From the NCBI GenBank assembly GCA_024137785.1, contig JAHRHZ010000055.1, positions 591,940 through 655,939 on the forward strand: a stretch of DNA of 64,000 nt. Reading direction: 5' to 3'. Position numbers and translations under genes: made by a program. A model generated the notes under the pieces. It was given only the letters and a program-made list of their open reading frames with translations. It searched no databases and was not told where the DNA came from. Shown here piece by piece: positions 50,675 through 62,194 of this stretch (its first letter is position 1; each line of letters begins with the position of its first letter). Source of the DNA: Ginglymostoma cirratum. Taxonomy: Eukaryota.

Positions 50675-52254
50675 CGTTGTTCTGAATGTTTGCTTCCAGC
50701 ACAAAGCTTCACTGGGAGCACATAATAGATTAAAATTGTGACGAGCACACCCAAAATGTTTGGAAAAATGCTGCATAAGTATTATGTACTGGAAAATCAG
50801 GAGATAACACTGTACTGATTCACAGGAGGAACTACATTTTGTTTTAGATCCCCTGAAACTGCATTAGACTTTGAACAAGAAAGATTTCGGAGAAACTTAA
50901 TTGTCATACAAGCAGAGGATCTTAATCACAGGAGGCCATTTAACCCACCTTATGTGTTCCACTGCTTTGGAGTAACAGCAGTTCCACAACTCTGCATTCT
51001 CCTGAAACCCTGTTAGTTCCTCATTCTCTCGTACTTGCCCAACTCTCTTTTAACATGACTTTCAAAAGCAGGTGAATGAAATTTTCAGGCTATTTTAAAG
51101 TCGTACACAATAATTCACAGGTTCCGTGAAAAAAGGAGGGATGACATTTGTTCATCAAAAGTGGTAAAAATATTCAAATCCCGTGAAGTCAAAATAGAAT
51201 GCCACACTCAGCCAGTACAAACCCAACCGTAAGCAAATAGAATCAGGGGCCATTAAGCTGGAGTCACTGAGGAAATTCTAGAGAGCCCCATTAATGAAAT
51301 ATGGGTTTGGTTTTTGCATTCTCTGCATATAAAAAAGGGCCTGATTACAGAATTGGGTTTTCCAAATGTGATTGTGTTGGGAGAGGAGCAAAATTTCTGG
51401 TGGTTGGAGGTCTGTGATTGACGGTTACAGCAGTGGGAGCCATTTGAGGGACTGAGTTAAGCATCACACTATTTTATGTGTAAGTATCACTGTCATTGGC
51501 ACAACTACAAAATCAGAGACCCCAGCAAGAGCACTGCAAACACTGGGGTATCCAGTATTGGAAAAAAGTTAATCAGAAGACAGAACAGGCCATTCTGCCC
51601 CTCACAGTGGCTCTGCCATTCAATAACGTCATGGCTGATCCAGTCGTGATTCAACTCTGTTTTCCTGCCTGGCTCTCTATAACTCTTGACTCTTTCACCA
51701 GTCAAAAACCTGTCAAATTCAGCCTTATTTATATTCAATGACCCAACCTTTACTGCTTTTGGTAAAATGAATTGCAAAGACCAAGTCTCATGAATTGAAG
51801 AAATTCATTTTCATCCAAAGGATTCACTCTAATCTCTGACTTTCTTATTGTGTGAGCCTGCCTGACATGTGTGTGTGTGTAAAGCCCAATGCATTTAGTA
51901 GTGCCTATGGTCCCATATAGAGGTTGGAGAGCTTTGAAGACAACCAAATGTGTTTTTCTTTTTAAATCTAAAGACCTCTATAACATACTGAGGATAATGG
52001 ACTTATATAGAAGGCTAGAAAAACTGGGTACATTCTCAAGCAAACAGGGAAGGTGAAGGGAAGTTTTAATTGCAGTATTTAAAATGAGTAGGGAGTTGCA
52101 GCACAGTACATGGAGACAACCTGGTTAACCTGACAGAAGGGTCTGCAAACATAAAGCATGCAAATTTCAAGGTGATTACAAAGAAAGCCAGAGGAGTGGT
52201 GATGAAATTTTTTTAATATAATTACACAAAGCAAAACTTCTTTCTTTCGCCTTG

Positions 52255-52677
52255 TACTTCTGGCAGGCCGGTGAGGTGGCAGCAGGCGACAAAGAGGGGC
52301 CCGACGAGGGGGCGATGGTGACGGTAACCGTGACGGTGGAGAGGGTTGGCGGTGGAGACGGTCGGTGACGGTGAAGGGGGCCCGGCAAGGCGGTGACAGC
52401 AGAGAGGGGGCGGCCTTTCCCATGGTGGCAGCGTTGACCTCCTGGGTGTCCTAGTGATGGGAGCGGTGCTTGCACTGTTGTGGAGATGGGACATGGGACT
52501 CTGAGATCTGGACTTTTCTTTGTTTTTCTTCCCTACCTTTTGGCTTTGTTAAATCTTTTAATTGTAGTTTTTGTAACTAAGTGGGTGCCAGTGAATGGCA
52601 ACTTTGCGCACTTTTCACTGTACTTATCTATTCCTATACTTAGTACATGTGACAAATAAATAAATCTAAATAAATCA
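52255..52677 (+). mobile_element. Short element with GC-rich head and AATAAA-repeat tail
   Basis: gacggt-rich head, then gggtgccag...cttttcactgtac...catgtgacaaataaataaatctaaataaatc; tail shared with 4330-4410 (minus). Confidence 0.6.
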
Positions 52678-52719
52678 GTGCTTGACAATACATATTGAAC
52701 ACTTCTTTATATAAAAGAT

Positions 52720-53626
52720 TTGGAAGAGAAAATAGGAGGCATGGCTAGGGAGTCTGCAGATGACCAAAATTCGTGGCATAGTCGACAGTGAAGAAGGCCA
52801 AGATTACAAAGAGATCCTGATAAATTGGGTCAATGGGCTGAGGAGTGGCAGCTAATTTGGAAAAAGCAAGATATTACATTTTGGTAAAACAAACAAGGGC
52901 AGGACTTATACAATTAATGGTAGAGCCCTGGGTAGTGTTGTAGAACAGAGAGATCTAGGGGTTCAGGTACATAATTCTTGAAAGTTTGCATTATAGTAGA
53001 CAGGCTGGTTAAAGAAGGCATTTAGCACACTTGCCTTCATTGCTCAGACTTTTGAGTGTGGGAGTTGGGAAATCATGGTAAGGTTGTACAGGACACTGGT
53101 GAGACTCTTTCTGGAGTAATGTGTGCATTCCTGGTCGCCCTGTCGTAGAAACTATATTATTAAGCTGCAGAGGGTTCAGAAAAGATTTACCAGGGTGTTG
53201 CCAGGAACAGACGGTTTGAGATAGAAAAACAGACTGGGACTTTTTTCACTGGAGCATAGGAGGTTGAGAGGTGACTTTTATAGAGGTCTATAAATTCATG
53301 AGGAGCTCAGATAAGGTGAATAGCAAGGGATTTTTCCCTCGGGAGTTCAAAACAAGGGGACATAAAGTTAAGGTGTGAGGAGAAAGATTTGAAAAGGACA
53401 TGAGGGGCAAACAGAGTGGTTCGTGTGTGGAATGAACTGCCAGAGGAAGTGGTGGATGTGGATTCAATTACAATGTTTAAAAGACATTTGGATAAGTATG
53501 TGAATAGGAAAGGTTTGGAGGGATATGGGCCAAACGCAGGCGGGTGGGATTAGTTTAATTTGGGAACATGGTTGGCATGGACTGGTTGGATCAAAGGGTC
53601 TGTTTCCATGTTGTATGACTCGATGA
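52720..53626 (+). mobile_element. CR1 ORF2 C-terminus and 3'UTR
   Basis: ADD motif (gcagatgaccaaaatt), LFSLEHRRLRGD, tail tatgactcgatgac. Confidence 0.9.
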
Positions 53627-54160
53627 CAAATGGTGATCAGGAAAGCACTTCCTGTAAAAGGTTTTTGGAAGCAGATTTAGTGGTAACTTTCAAAAAAGGA
53701 ATTGGACGTACAGTGTATTTAAAACGGACAAAAGGTTTGCAGAGTTACTGTGAAAACACATGGGAATAGGAAGAATTGTAGATCTTTCTAAAGAACCAGC
53801 ACAGCTATGATAGGCCAAATGGTCTCTCTCTGCACAATTGAAATCGCCTTCTAGGATTTAAATCCATGGTGCATAATTCTGTCCTGCGATTAGCATATAG
53901 ACAGTTCTATTGATTTTGGAATTTTTATACTCTACAGACACGTTCAGTGGACTATGGGTTAAGGTAGAGCCTTTCTATTTTTATTCACCATGATGTAAAT
54001 TCTACATCAGAAAAGTTAATACTTGTGCCTCGGCATTAGGCACACAAATCAATGAAGTCAATATGGTCCCACCTCATTTTCCCACTGAGATCATTTGCAA
54101 ACACGTTTCGTTATGAGCTGCTGACACTTTAACAATATGATTGACAAGGCTGGTATTTAC

Positions 54161-54212
54161 CTTCCACCAATCCTCATTGGAGTCGTCTGTGACCACAATT
54201 CTGTCTCCTTGC
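54161..54212 (-). CDS. STAC2: STAC2-like 52-nt coding exon (SH3-1), probable functional copy
   Basis: T-rich acceptor ttattattttactag|G CAA GGA...TGG AAG|gtaaat; translates (Q)QGDRIVVTDDSNEDWWK; phase 2 to phase 0 fits both neighbouring exons. Confidence 0.92.
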
Positions 54213-54818
54213 CTAGTAAAATAATAATGAGATTATTAAAAGACTCTCGCAGCGTGCAGCTTGGGTTTATTTCAAACTTGTCTCGAGAAATGATTCACTC
54301 CGCGGGCCGGTTAAAATAATTGAGCAATGCATCGCAGCATACATTTGTAATTTAGGTGTTATAACGTCAGTGGTTTCAAACGCAGAACATCTTCATGAAA
54401 AGGTAGATTAAAAGCAATTGAGACGGACAGGAAAGTCTATGACGACAGTGGGCTGTGACAGCCATGGTGCAGTCACCAAAACTGACAGCTCATTAGTGGA
54501 GAAGGTCCTATTGCTCACTGTCTCTCATTGTTATAACTCTGTTTGTGGTTGGTAACCATTTGAGAAGATTTTCTGAGCAGATCCACTCCTTCTTATTTAA
54601 TGAGCTATAGTTGCCAAGCTACAGTTACCACCCTCCTAGCTTTGCAGCAGACTGCCTGGTCAGTGAACCTAATAGTAGTCGAGGGATACAGGAACTTACT
54701 GTGTGGTGGGAGACACATGAGCCGCAATCAGGTCACTGCACTGTATTCTGAGAGCCCTACCATTTATTTGGGCATGAGGCAATTGTGAACTTCATACAAA
54801 AGCAATGAGCTTTACATT

Positions 54819-55160
54819 GAGATAACAAGGTGTGGGGCTGGATGAACGCAGCAGGCCAAGCAGCATCATAGGAGCAGGAAAGCTTGACGTTTCGGGCCTA
54901 GACCCTTCATCAGAAATGGGGGAGGGGAAGAGGGTTCTGAAATAAATAGGGAGAGAGGGGGAGGCGGATAGAGGATGGATAGAGGAGAGGATAGGTGGAG
55001 AGGAGGCAGACAAGTCGAAGAGGCGGGGATGGAGCCAGTAAAGGTGAGTGTAGGTGGGGGCGGTAGGGAGGAGATAGGTCAGTCCAGGGAGGACGGACAG
55101 GTCAAGGAGGCAGGATGAGGTTAGTAGATAGGAGATGGGGGTGTGGCTTGAGGTGGGAGG
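54819..55160 (-). mobile_element. Penelope pLTR plus spacer; hammerhead at 54883-54916
   Basis: Reverse complement of 31420-31747; CTGATGAagggtctaggcccGAAAcgTC. Confidence 0.88.
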
Positions 55161-55197
55161 ACTACTGAGTGAAATTATCTACAGTGTCATTAGATTA

Positions 55198-55540
55198 GGG
55201 AGGCATGGTGGCTCAGTGTTTAGTACTGCTATCTCACAGTGCCAGGGACCTGGGTTTGATTCTAACCTTGGGCAACTGTCTGTGGAAACTCCACACATTG
55301 TCCCTGTGTCTGCGCAGGTTTCCTCCCACAGTCCAAAGGTGTGCAGATTAGGTGGATTGGCCATGCTAAATTGCTCATATTGTCCAGGAATGTGCAGGCT
55401 AGGTGGATTAGCCATGAGAAATGCAGAGTTATAAGAACGCACTACAGGACGGAGGTGGATCTGATGGGACGCTTTTTGGAGGGTCAGTGTGACATGATAG
55501 GCCAAATGGCCTGTTTCCACACTGTAGGGATTCTATGATC
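55198..55540 (+). mobile_element. HE1-like V-SINE
   Basis: ggcatggtggctcagtgtttagtactgct head; tail ccacactgtagggattctatgat. Confidence 0.9.
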
Positions 55541-55765
55541 TGAAAACATTCCACTCCTCTAACAGCAGATTGTCCTCAGTACCGGCTCCCTCCACTCCAC
55601 TAGTAATAGTTTCTTATTCAGTTAAGTTAGTACTTGTGCCTCAGCATCAGGCACCCAATCAAAGTCAATATGTTCACCTCATTTTCCCACTGAGCTCATT
55701 TGCAAGCATGTTTCGTTATGAGCTGCTGACGTTTTAATAATATGATTGACAAGGCTGGTATTTAC

Positions 55766-55817
55766 CTTCCACCAATCCTCATTGGAGTCATCGGTGACCA
55801 CAATTCTGTCTCCTTGC
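55766..55817 (-). other. Duplicate copy of the 52-nt STAC exon (pseudo-exon or mutually exclusive exon)
   Basis: Same peptide QGDRIVVTDDSNEDWWK with two synonymous changes; AG/GT intact, but purine-rich acceptor context (gaaggggcacaactag). Confidence 0.85.
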
Positions 55818-57052
55818 CTAGTTGTGCCCCTTCAGAATGCAAACCTAACCTGTTTCTCTCTCCATCCCCTTCCTTCTTGCTGACAATAGGTGCTAAATGA
55901 ATGCAAGTTTGTTTTCTACACTTAGGCCTGAGAATACTGGGGTTTAAACCACTTTATAAATCGATCTTTGCAATGTAATGTATTATTGATAAACATATAA
56001 AATAGTGCACATCAGAGATGTAAGACATTACAACTGTCTCTATTGAGAAATGGCTCTGTATTCAGCCTGTGGCTAAGTCTTACCCTGTAAATTGGCCGAG
56101 GAATGTTTAATAAAAGATCCGCTTCCCAACGTGCTAGTACGCAGCAGTCTCTACTGATCCTCACCAAAACAGAAACCACAATCTCCCTCAAGACCCAGTA
56201 CAAAGGCCACAGAATGTTAACACAGCCATTGTAGCTCCACATGTTCCACAATTATTGTGGAGATATTGCTAACCTTGCAGTCACAGTTGAACACCATTCT
56301 CAGAATTTCCAGACTACAGGTATTCAACAAAGTTGAACAGGAAATTCATTTTATGGTCATGCTGACCTTACCAATAAAAAACCTGATTGGGAGTTAGCCA
56401 AAATGATACTGATCATGACCAATGCATTACAGTGTGCTGAATCCCAGAGTGGTTTGGAATATGCCAATACTATGCCCCTCATTTCTTCTATGCTGCTGCA
56501 AAGAATCATGATTGGAGATCACTCAGAGTCTTGACTGGCAGCCCATCCACCGCATGAAAAATCAGCACCATACATCTTGGCTGCACTGTGTCCTATCTAT
56601 AGGATAGATCTCATCAAATTGCCAGGACTTCCTTGACAGAATTTCCCAAGTTTGTAATCTTCGCCATCTAGAACAACAACAGAGCTGGGTGCATGGGATC
56701 ACCCACTGCTTCCAACCTCCCCTTCAAGCCACACCTAATCCTGTCTGTTCCATCACATTTAACATCATTCGATCAAAATTTTAGCCACGCCCCATCAGCT
56801 AGACCTTATGGGACTACTTTCACCATATCGATTAGTTGTTCAAGACGTGCGCACACCACCAACTCAGGCCCAACTTGTACCGAGTCATAAACTTCAATCT
56901 TTCCAATGATTCTCACATCTTGAGAATGTGAGAAAAACATTGCAACATGGATATTCTCCTTTGAATAAAATGCCTCAAAGTGCTCCACATGATGGGAATG
57001 GATGAAACCATTAAGAGTCAAGGAGATATTTGGACAGTTGCCCCCAAACGGT

Positions 57053-57357
57053 TAACAAAGAACAAAGAACAAAGAAAATTACAGCACAGGAACAGGCCCT
57101 TCGGCCCTCCAAGCCTGCGCCGATCGAGATCCTCTGTCTAAACCTGTCATCTATTTTCTAAGGGTCTGTATCCCTTTGCTCCCTGTCCATCCATGTACCT
57201 GTCCGGATACATCTTAAGACACTAACGTGTCTGCGTCTACCACCTCCACAGGCAACGTGTTCCAGGCACCCACCACCCGCTGCGTAAAGAACTTTCCACG
57301 CATATCTCCCGTAAACTTTCCTCCTCTCACTTTGAACTCATGACCCCTAGTAATTGA
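57053..57357 (-). mobile_element. Young CR1 3' end
   Basis: (aacaaag)3 tail; TRGHEFKVRGGKFTGDMRGKFFTQRVVGAWNTLP. Confidence 0.9.
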
Positions 57358-57904
57358 AGAGGAGGGAAAAATGAAATTCCAGCACTTTGGATCCAAGCAA
57401 CTAAAGGCATGGTGACATAAGATGAAAATAAAGGATGTACGAGAGGTCAGAATTGGAGGAATACAGAGATATGAGGAATGCCTCCAGATAAGCCTTGGGA
57501 TAATGCTGGTGGAGCTGAACATGCAAACCAATGAACTCTCTGCCAGATTTCCAGTGGAGCGGGGGTAGCTACAAATAACTTCCAGGCCAGTCAGTTTACT
57601 AACAAATTATTTCAGTGCATGGTACGGTCTGAAGGGATGATACAGATACACAAACATATTTGTGTCCTGAACACAGTTCTCCTCTGTCACAATCAAGATG
57701 TTGCCTTGTGATCTGACAGCCTTTTCTACAAATGCCAAATAACCGTCAAAGACAAGGAGATCATGTGCAAGGGGCTCACATTTTGTGACGGATTATTGCT
57801 GACCTGGATTCCAAAACCAACAAATTACTCACTGCCCTCTTCCATTTATGAGCAGTTATGTTTATACTGACTTGTACACTTTTCTTCCCTCCACAGCAGA
57901 GACG

Positions 57905-58190
57905 CACCATCTGGAAGGAAAAGGACAGCAGAAATATGGGAACACCACCACCTGCAATTTCCCTTCAAAATCACTCTCCATCCTGACTTAGAAAAATAAC
58001 AACATTCCCCTCCTGTGTGTCTGGGTCAAAACCCTGCAATTCCCTCCTTAACAATATTGTGAGCCTCCCACAGCACATTGACTGCAGCAGTTCAAGGCGG
58101 CAGCTCACCACCACCTTCTCAAGGGCAACTAGTGACGGGCAATAAATACTGAGCCAGCCAATGACACTCATATCCTGTGAGTTAATAAAG
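57905..58190 (+). mobile_element. LINE 3' end (same family as 19650-20210)
   Basis: gcagttcaaggcggcagctcaccaccaccttctcaagggcaactagtgacgggcaataaa. Confidence 0.85.
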
Positions 58191-58290
58191 CAAAGAACTT
58201 GTTTCCTTGGTGGGGCAGCCCTGCTTTGTATAAACATCAGAAATATGCTCCCAAATGTTTGTAAAGTAGAGCAAAAGAGCAGACAGTACT

Positions 58291-59416
58291 TTGTATGTGG
58301 AACAATCCCTCTTCCAGACCTACACTGGCCCTAAACCCCACCTCTTCCTCCGTTACATTGATGACTGCATCGGCACCGCCTCGTGCTCCCACGAGGAGCT
58401 CGAACAGTTCATCCAATTCACCAACACTTTCCACCCCAACCTGAAGTTCACCTGGACCATCTCCAACACTTCTCTCTCCTTCCTGGACCTCTCTGTCTCC
58501 ATCTCGGGCAACCACCTAGAAACAGATGTCCATTTCAAGCCCACTGACTCCCACAGCTACCTGGAATACACCTCCTCCCACCCACCTTCCTGCAAAAATG
58601 CCATCCCCTATTCCCAATTCCTTCGCCTCCGCCGCATCTGCTCCCAGGATGAGACATTCCAATCCCGCACATCTCAAATGTCCTCATTCTTCAAGGACCG
58701 CAACTTCCCCCCCACAGTGGTCGAGAACGCCCTCGACCGTGTCTCCCGCATTTCCCGGAACACATCCCTCACGCCCCGTCCCCGCAACAATAACCAAAAA
58801 AGAATCCCCCTCGTCCTCACATACCACCCCACCAACCTCCGGATCCAACGCATCATCCTCCGACACTTCCGCCATCTNNNNNNNNNNNNNNNNNNNNNNN
58901 NNNNNNNNNNNNNNNNNNNNNNNNNNNNNNNNNNNNNNNNNNNNNNNNNNNNNNNNNNNNNNNNNNNNNNNNNNNNNNNNNNNNNNNNNNNNNNNNNNNN
59001 NNNNNNNNNNNNNNNNNNNNNNNNNNNNNNNNNNNNNNNNNNNNNNNNNNNNNNNNNNNNNNNNNNNNNNNNNNNNNNNNNNNNNNNNNNNNNNNNNNNN
59101 NNNNNNNNNNNNNNNNNNNNNNNNNNNNNNNNNNNNNNNNNNNNNNNNNNNNNNNNNNNNNNNNNNNNNNNNNNNNNNNNNNNNNNNNNNNNNNNNNNNN
59201 NNNNNNNNNNNNNNNNNNNNNNNNNNNNNNNNNNNNNNNNNNNNNNNNNNNNNNNNNNNNNNNNNNNNNNNNNNNNNCTCTCTCCCTATTTATTTCAGAA
59301 CCCTCTTCCCCTCCCCCATTTCTGATGAAGGGTTTAGGCCCGAAACGTCGAGTTTTCCTGCTCCTATGATGCTGCTTGACCTGCTGTGTTCATCCAGCCC
59401 CATGCTTGTTATCTCG
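58291..59416 (+). mobile_element. Young 5'-truncated Penelope-like element: RT ORF, gap, pLTR with hammerhead (59319-59352)
   Basis: Uninterrupted ORF FLRYIDDCIG...HPNLKFT..LSFLDL..TDVHFKPTDSHSYLEYTSSHP..IPYSQFLRLRRICS; pLTR beyond the gap. Confidence 0.93.
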
Positions 59417-60346
59417 AGTATTTGCTAGGAAGTTTGTTTATTATTTTGTTGGATTGCTGACAGGGTCAGCATTTGTTGTCTACCCCTAACTGCCTTTAAA
59501 CTAAGTGGGTTGTTACAGGTCATTTCAGAGTTAACCATGGTCAGTATACCTCAGTTGGCTGAACGATTAGTTGGCGAAGCAGTGTGACGCTAACAGTGTA
59601 GGTTCAAATCCCATCACCGGCTAAGTTGCCATGAAGGACTTTCCTTTTCAATATTTCACCTTGCCTGAGGAATGGATAAATTACCACCAGTCATCTATCG
59701 CTAATGAAAAAGCAGTCCGCTGAGACTATGACAACACAACATTGCTGTGGGTTTGGAGTCAAATGTAGACCGGACCAGGTAAGAATGGAAGATTTTCCTC
59801 CCTAAAGGGCATTAGTGAACCAAATCATAATTTTAATGGTTGCCATTACTAAGACAAGCATTAGTAATTATATTTAAATTCATGGCCTCAGAGGACTGGC
59901 CTGGCCCTCTGGATTATTGGAATCTAGTGATTTTACCATGACACTGCTGTCTCTCTCGGGGAAATAGATACGACAGAGACATAAATTGGGGAATAAATAC
60001 AGCCATCAACCATGTCATCTCCATGCAGCTGAAAACCGAAATGAATCAGGAAAGGCTATATGGGAGGTGTGATGTTGCCAAAGAAGCGAAAATGAAAAAA
60101 AACAACTTATTTTGCAAGTCACAGTCCTTTAGAAATTTTCCACCAAGCTACCACACACTATTCCAGAACACACAAAACAATCATTTACAATCCTACTGCA
60201 AACAAAATGAAATGAGAATTAAAACGACGCTGTTCAGAGTAAAGTTGCTCCCTGAATTAACAGAGAATGGAAGACATTCTGACTGTATGGAGGTTGCTGA
60301 AATCAATGCAGGCAACAGTAAATCTTTACTTTGGCCTCATTTCCTT

Positions 60347-60373
60347 GAGAGAGAGAGAGAGAGAGAGCGCGCG
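60347..60373. repeat. (GA)n(GC)n microsatellite
   Basis: gagagagagagagagagagagcgcgcg. Confidence 0.9.
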
Positions 60374-60845
60374 TGGTAATATTCTATCCTTCCCCATTGC
60401 TGGCAATGTGCACTTTGGCATGAAGAATGAACTCTGGAGTTCCCTTTAAGATACTCTTCAAAACGTTTCTACATGAGCAAGTTTTTGCTCAGTGATACTA
60501 ATATCTTCTTATACAGCAGTGTCAAATATTCCTTGGTAGTTACTTGTTGGAGTACCTTAGCCTCTGTTATTGTGTAAAAGGTACTGAGGAAATCAAAGTT
60601 ACCAAGTACAGGGTTGTCCATGGTTGAAGGCTTTGATTGTCGTTTAAGCACAGTCGTGGGGAAGAGCCATTTGAATGGAGGAGTGTTGACGATGGTGCCT
60701 GTACTACAGTGCAACAAAACAGAATTAGAGCCTTCCCGAGCCTGGGGAAAATGAGAAAACTTAGCGAGTGACTCAAAGTCACTGCCTTTTCTTGCTGGGC
60801 TTTATTGAATGGGATTTCACACAATACAGGTAACAATGTACTTAC

Positions 60846-60943
60846 TGCAGCTCCAGGTCATTCTGCTCTTGAGGGATGAACTTGTAGAGAGCCACGTACG
60901 TGTGCATCTGTAGCATATCCTTGCGCATCGAGGGCTTCCTAAC
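60846..60943 (-). CDS. STAC2: STAC-family (STAC2-like) coding exon, start of SH3-1
   Basis: 98 nt, cctgcag|GTT...CTG CA|gtaagt; translates VRKPSMRKDMLQMHTYVALYKFIPQEQNDLEL(Q), with the YVALYKF.PQE..DL motif of STAC SH3-1; phase 0 to phase 2. Confidence 0.93.
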
Positions 60944-61486
60944 CTGCAGGACGGGTAGGAATTCAGAAAGTGAGCTTTAAGCCAGATGAGGGAAGATCAA
61001 AACGCTTAGCTCTCTGTTACAGCAAAGAATCAAGAGATGAAAAGTTAGATACCAATCTTGTGCAGGGAAGGATACCGTGCTCAACATTTAGGTCAAATGA
61101 CTTCAATGGAGCAGCTTCTTTTCTAGTTCATTCTCAATCCTGTGCAATACCACTAACAATCTCAAATAAAATTTACCAATGCTGACATCCATTTCCAAAT
61201 CAACGGGTGCATCAAAAAATATATGAAACAACTCTGATGAACACAGCAGGTCACATGTACTCACATCACTTAGGACATGTGTATTTAAAATTTTGTTGCT
61301 TATTTACATACCATTGTTAAAAGAAGATTTGATAGAGATGTTCAAAATCATGAAGGGTCAAGACAGATTAGATAGAGACACAAACTGTTTCCATTGTTAT
61401 AAAAGGTCGATAAACGGGGTCACCGACTTAAGGTGCTAATTGGCAAAGGAAGCACATGAGGAATATTTTTTTTTTAAAAAAATCAT

Positions 61487-61585
61487 TTTTCTGAAGGAGG
61501 GTCCAGGCCCAAAACGTCAGCTTTCCTGCTCCTCTGATGCTGCTTGGCCTGCTGTGTTCATCCAGCTCTACACCTTGTTATCTCG
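61487..61585 (+). mobile_element. Solo Penelope pLTR in a CR1 remnant (61310-61780)
   Basis: Reverse complement of 17918-18013; hammerhead core degenerate (cccAAAAc). Confidence 0.8.
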
Positions 61586-62194
61586 CTGGACTATATAGAG
61601 TGTGTGGTGGAAGTAGATTCAATTGTGAATTTCAGAAGGGAATCAGATGCACACCGAAGAGAAAGTAATTGCAACGCCAGGGCGGGAGAGAGGAAATGGC
61701 AACATCGTACTTGCAAAGTACCAGCACAGATTGAAAGGGTTGAATGGTCTTCTCCTGTGCTGCAGCTATTCTATGATTCTTTGATGCCTGAAGGATCACA
61801 CAAACTTGAAACGCAAAATGCTTGTAAATTAGAATAGATCTCAAAAGTGCTGCTACTAACTCAAGATATTCCAATTTGAGATTTATCCACTCATGATGTC
61901 AACGAAAACCTTTTACCAGTCTCTGTAAAGCCCTCAAAGTTCAGGCAAGACAAATAAACCAATAAATGGAAAGCACACATTACGGCCAAATTTCTTGGCC
62001 AGATCTCAAGTGTGATTTGATTGGATGATGATGAATACCGAGAATCAACTCCTCCTTATCACTCAGTACAAAGGATGAAGCACAACAGGTTTGAACAACA
62101 ATCACTCATGCTGCTCCCATGTCCAAAGTCATCCAAAGCTCAGAGTGGTGATTTGGTTATCTACCATTTTGTCAAGTTCAAATCATTTCTATTT

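Noticed and set aside
52079-52494. Pro/Arg-rich ORFs and CpG-island-like promoter
   Set aside because: GC-rich head of an inserted repeat, not a gene
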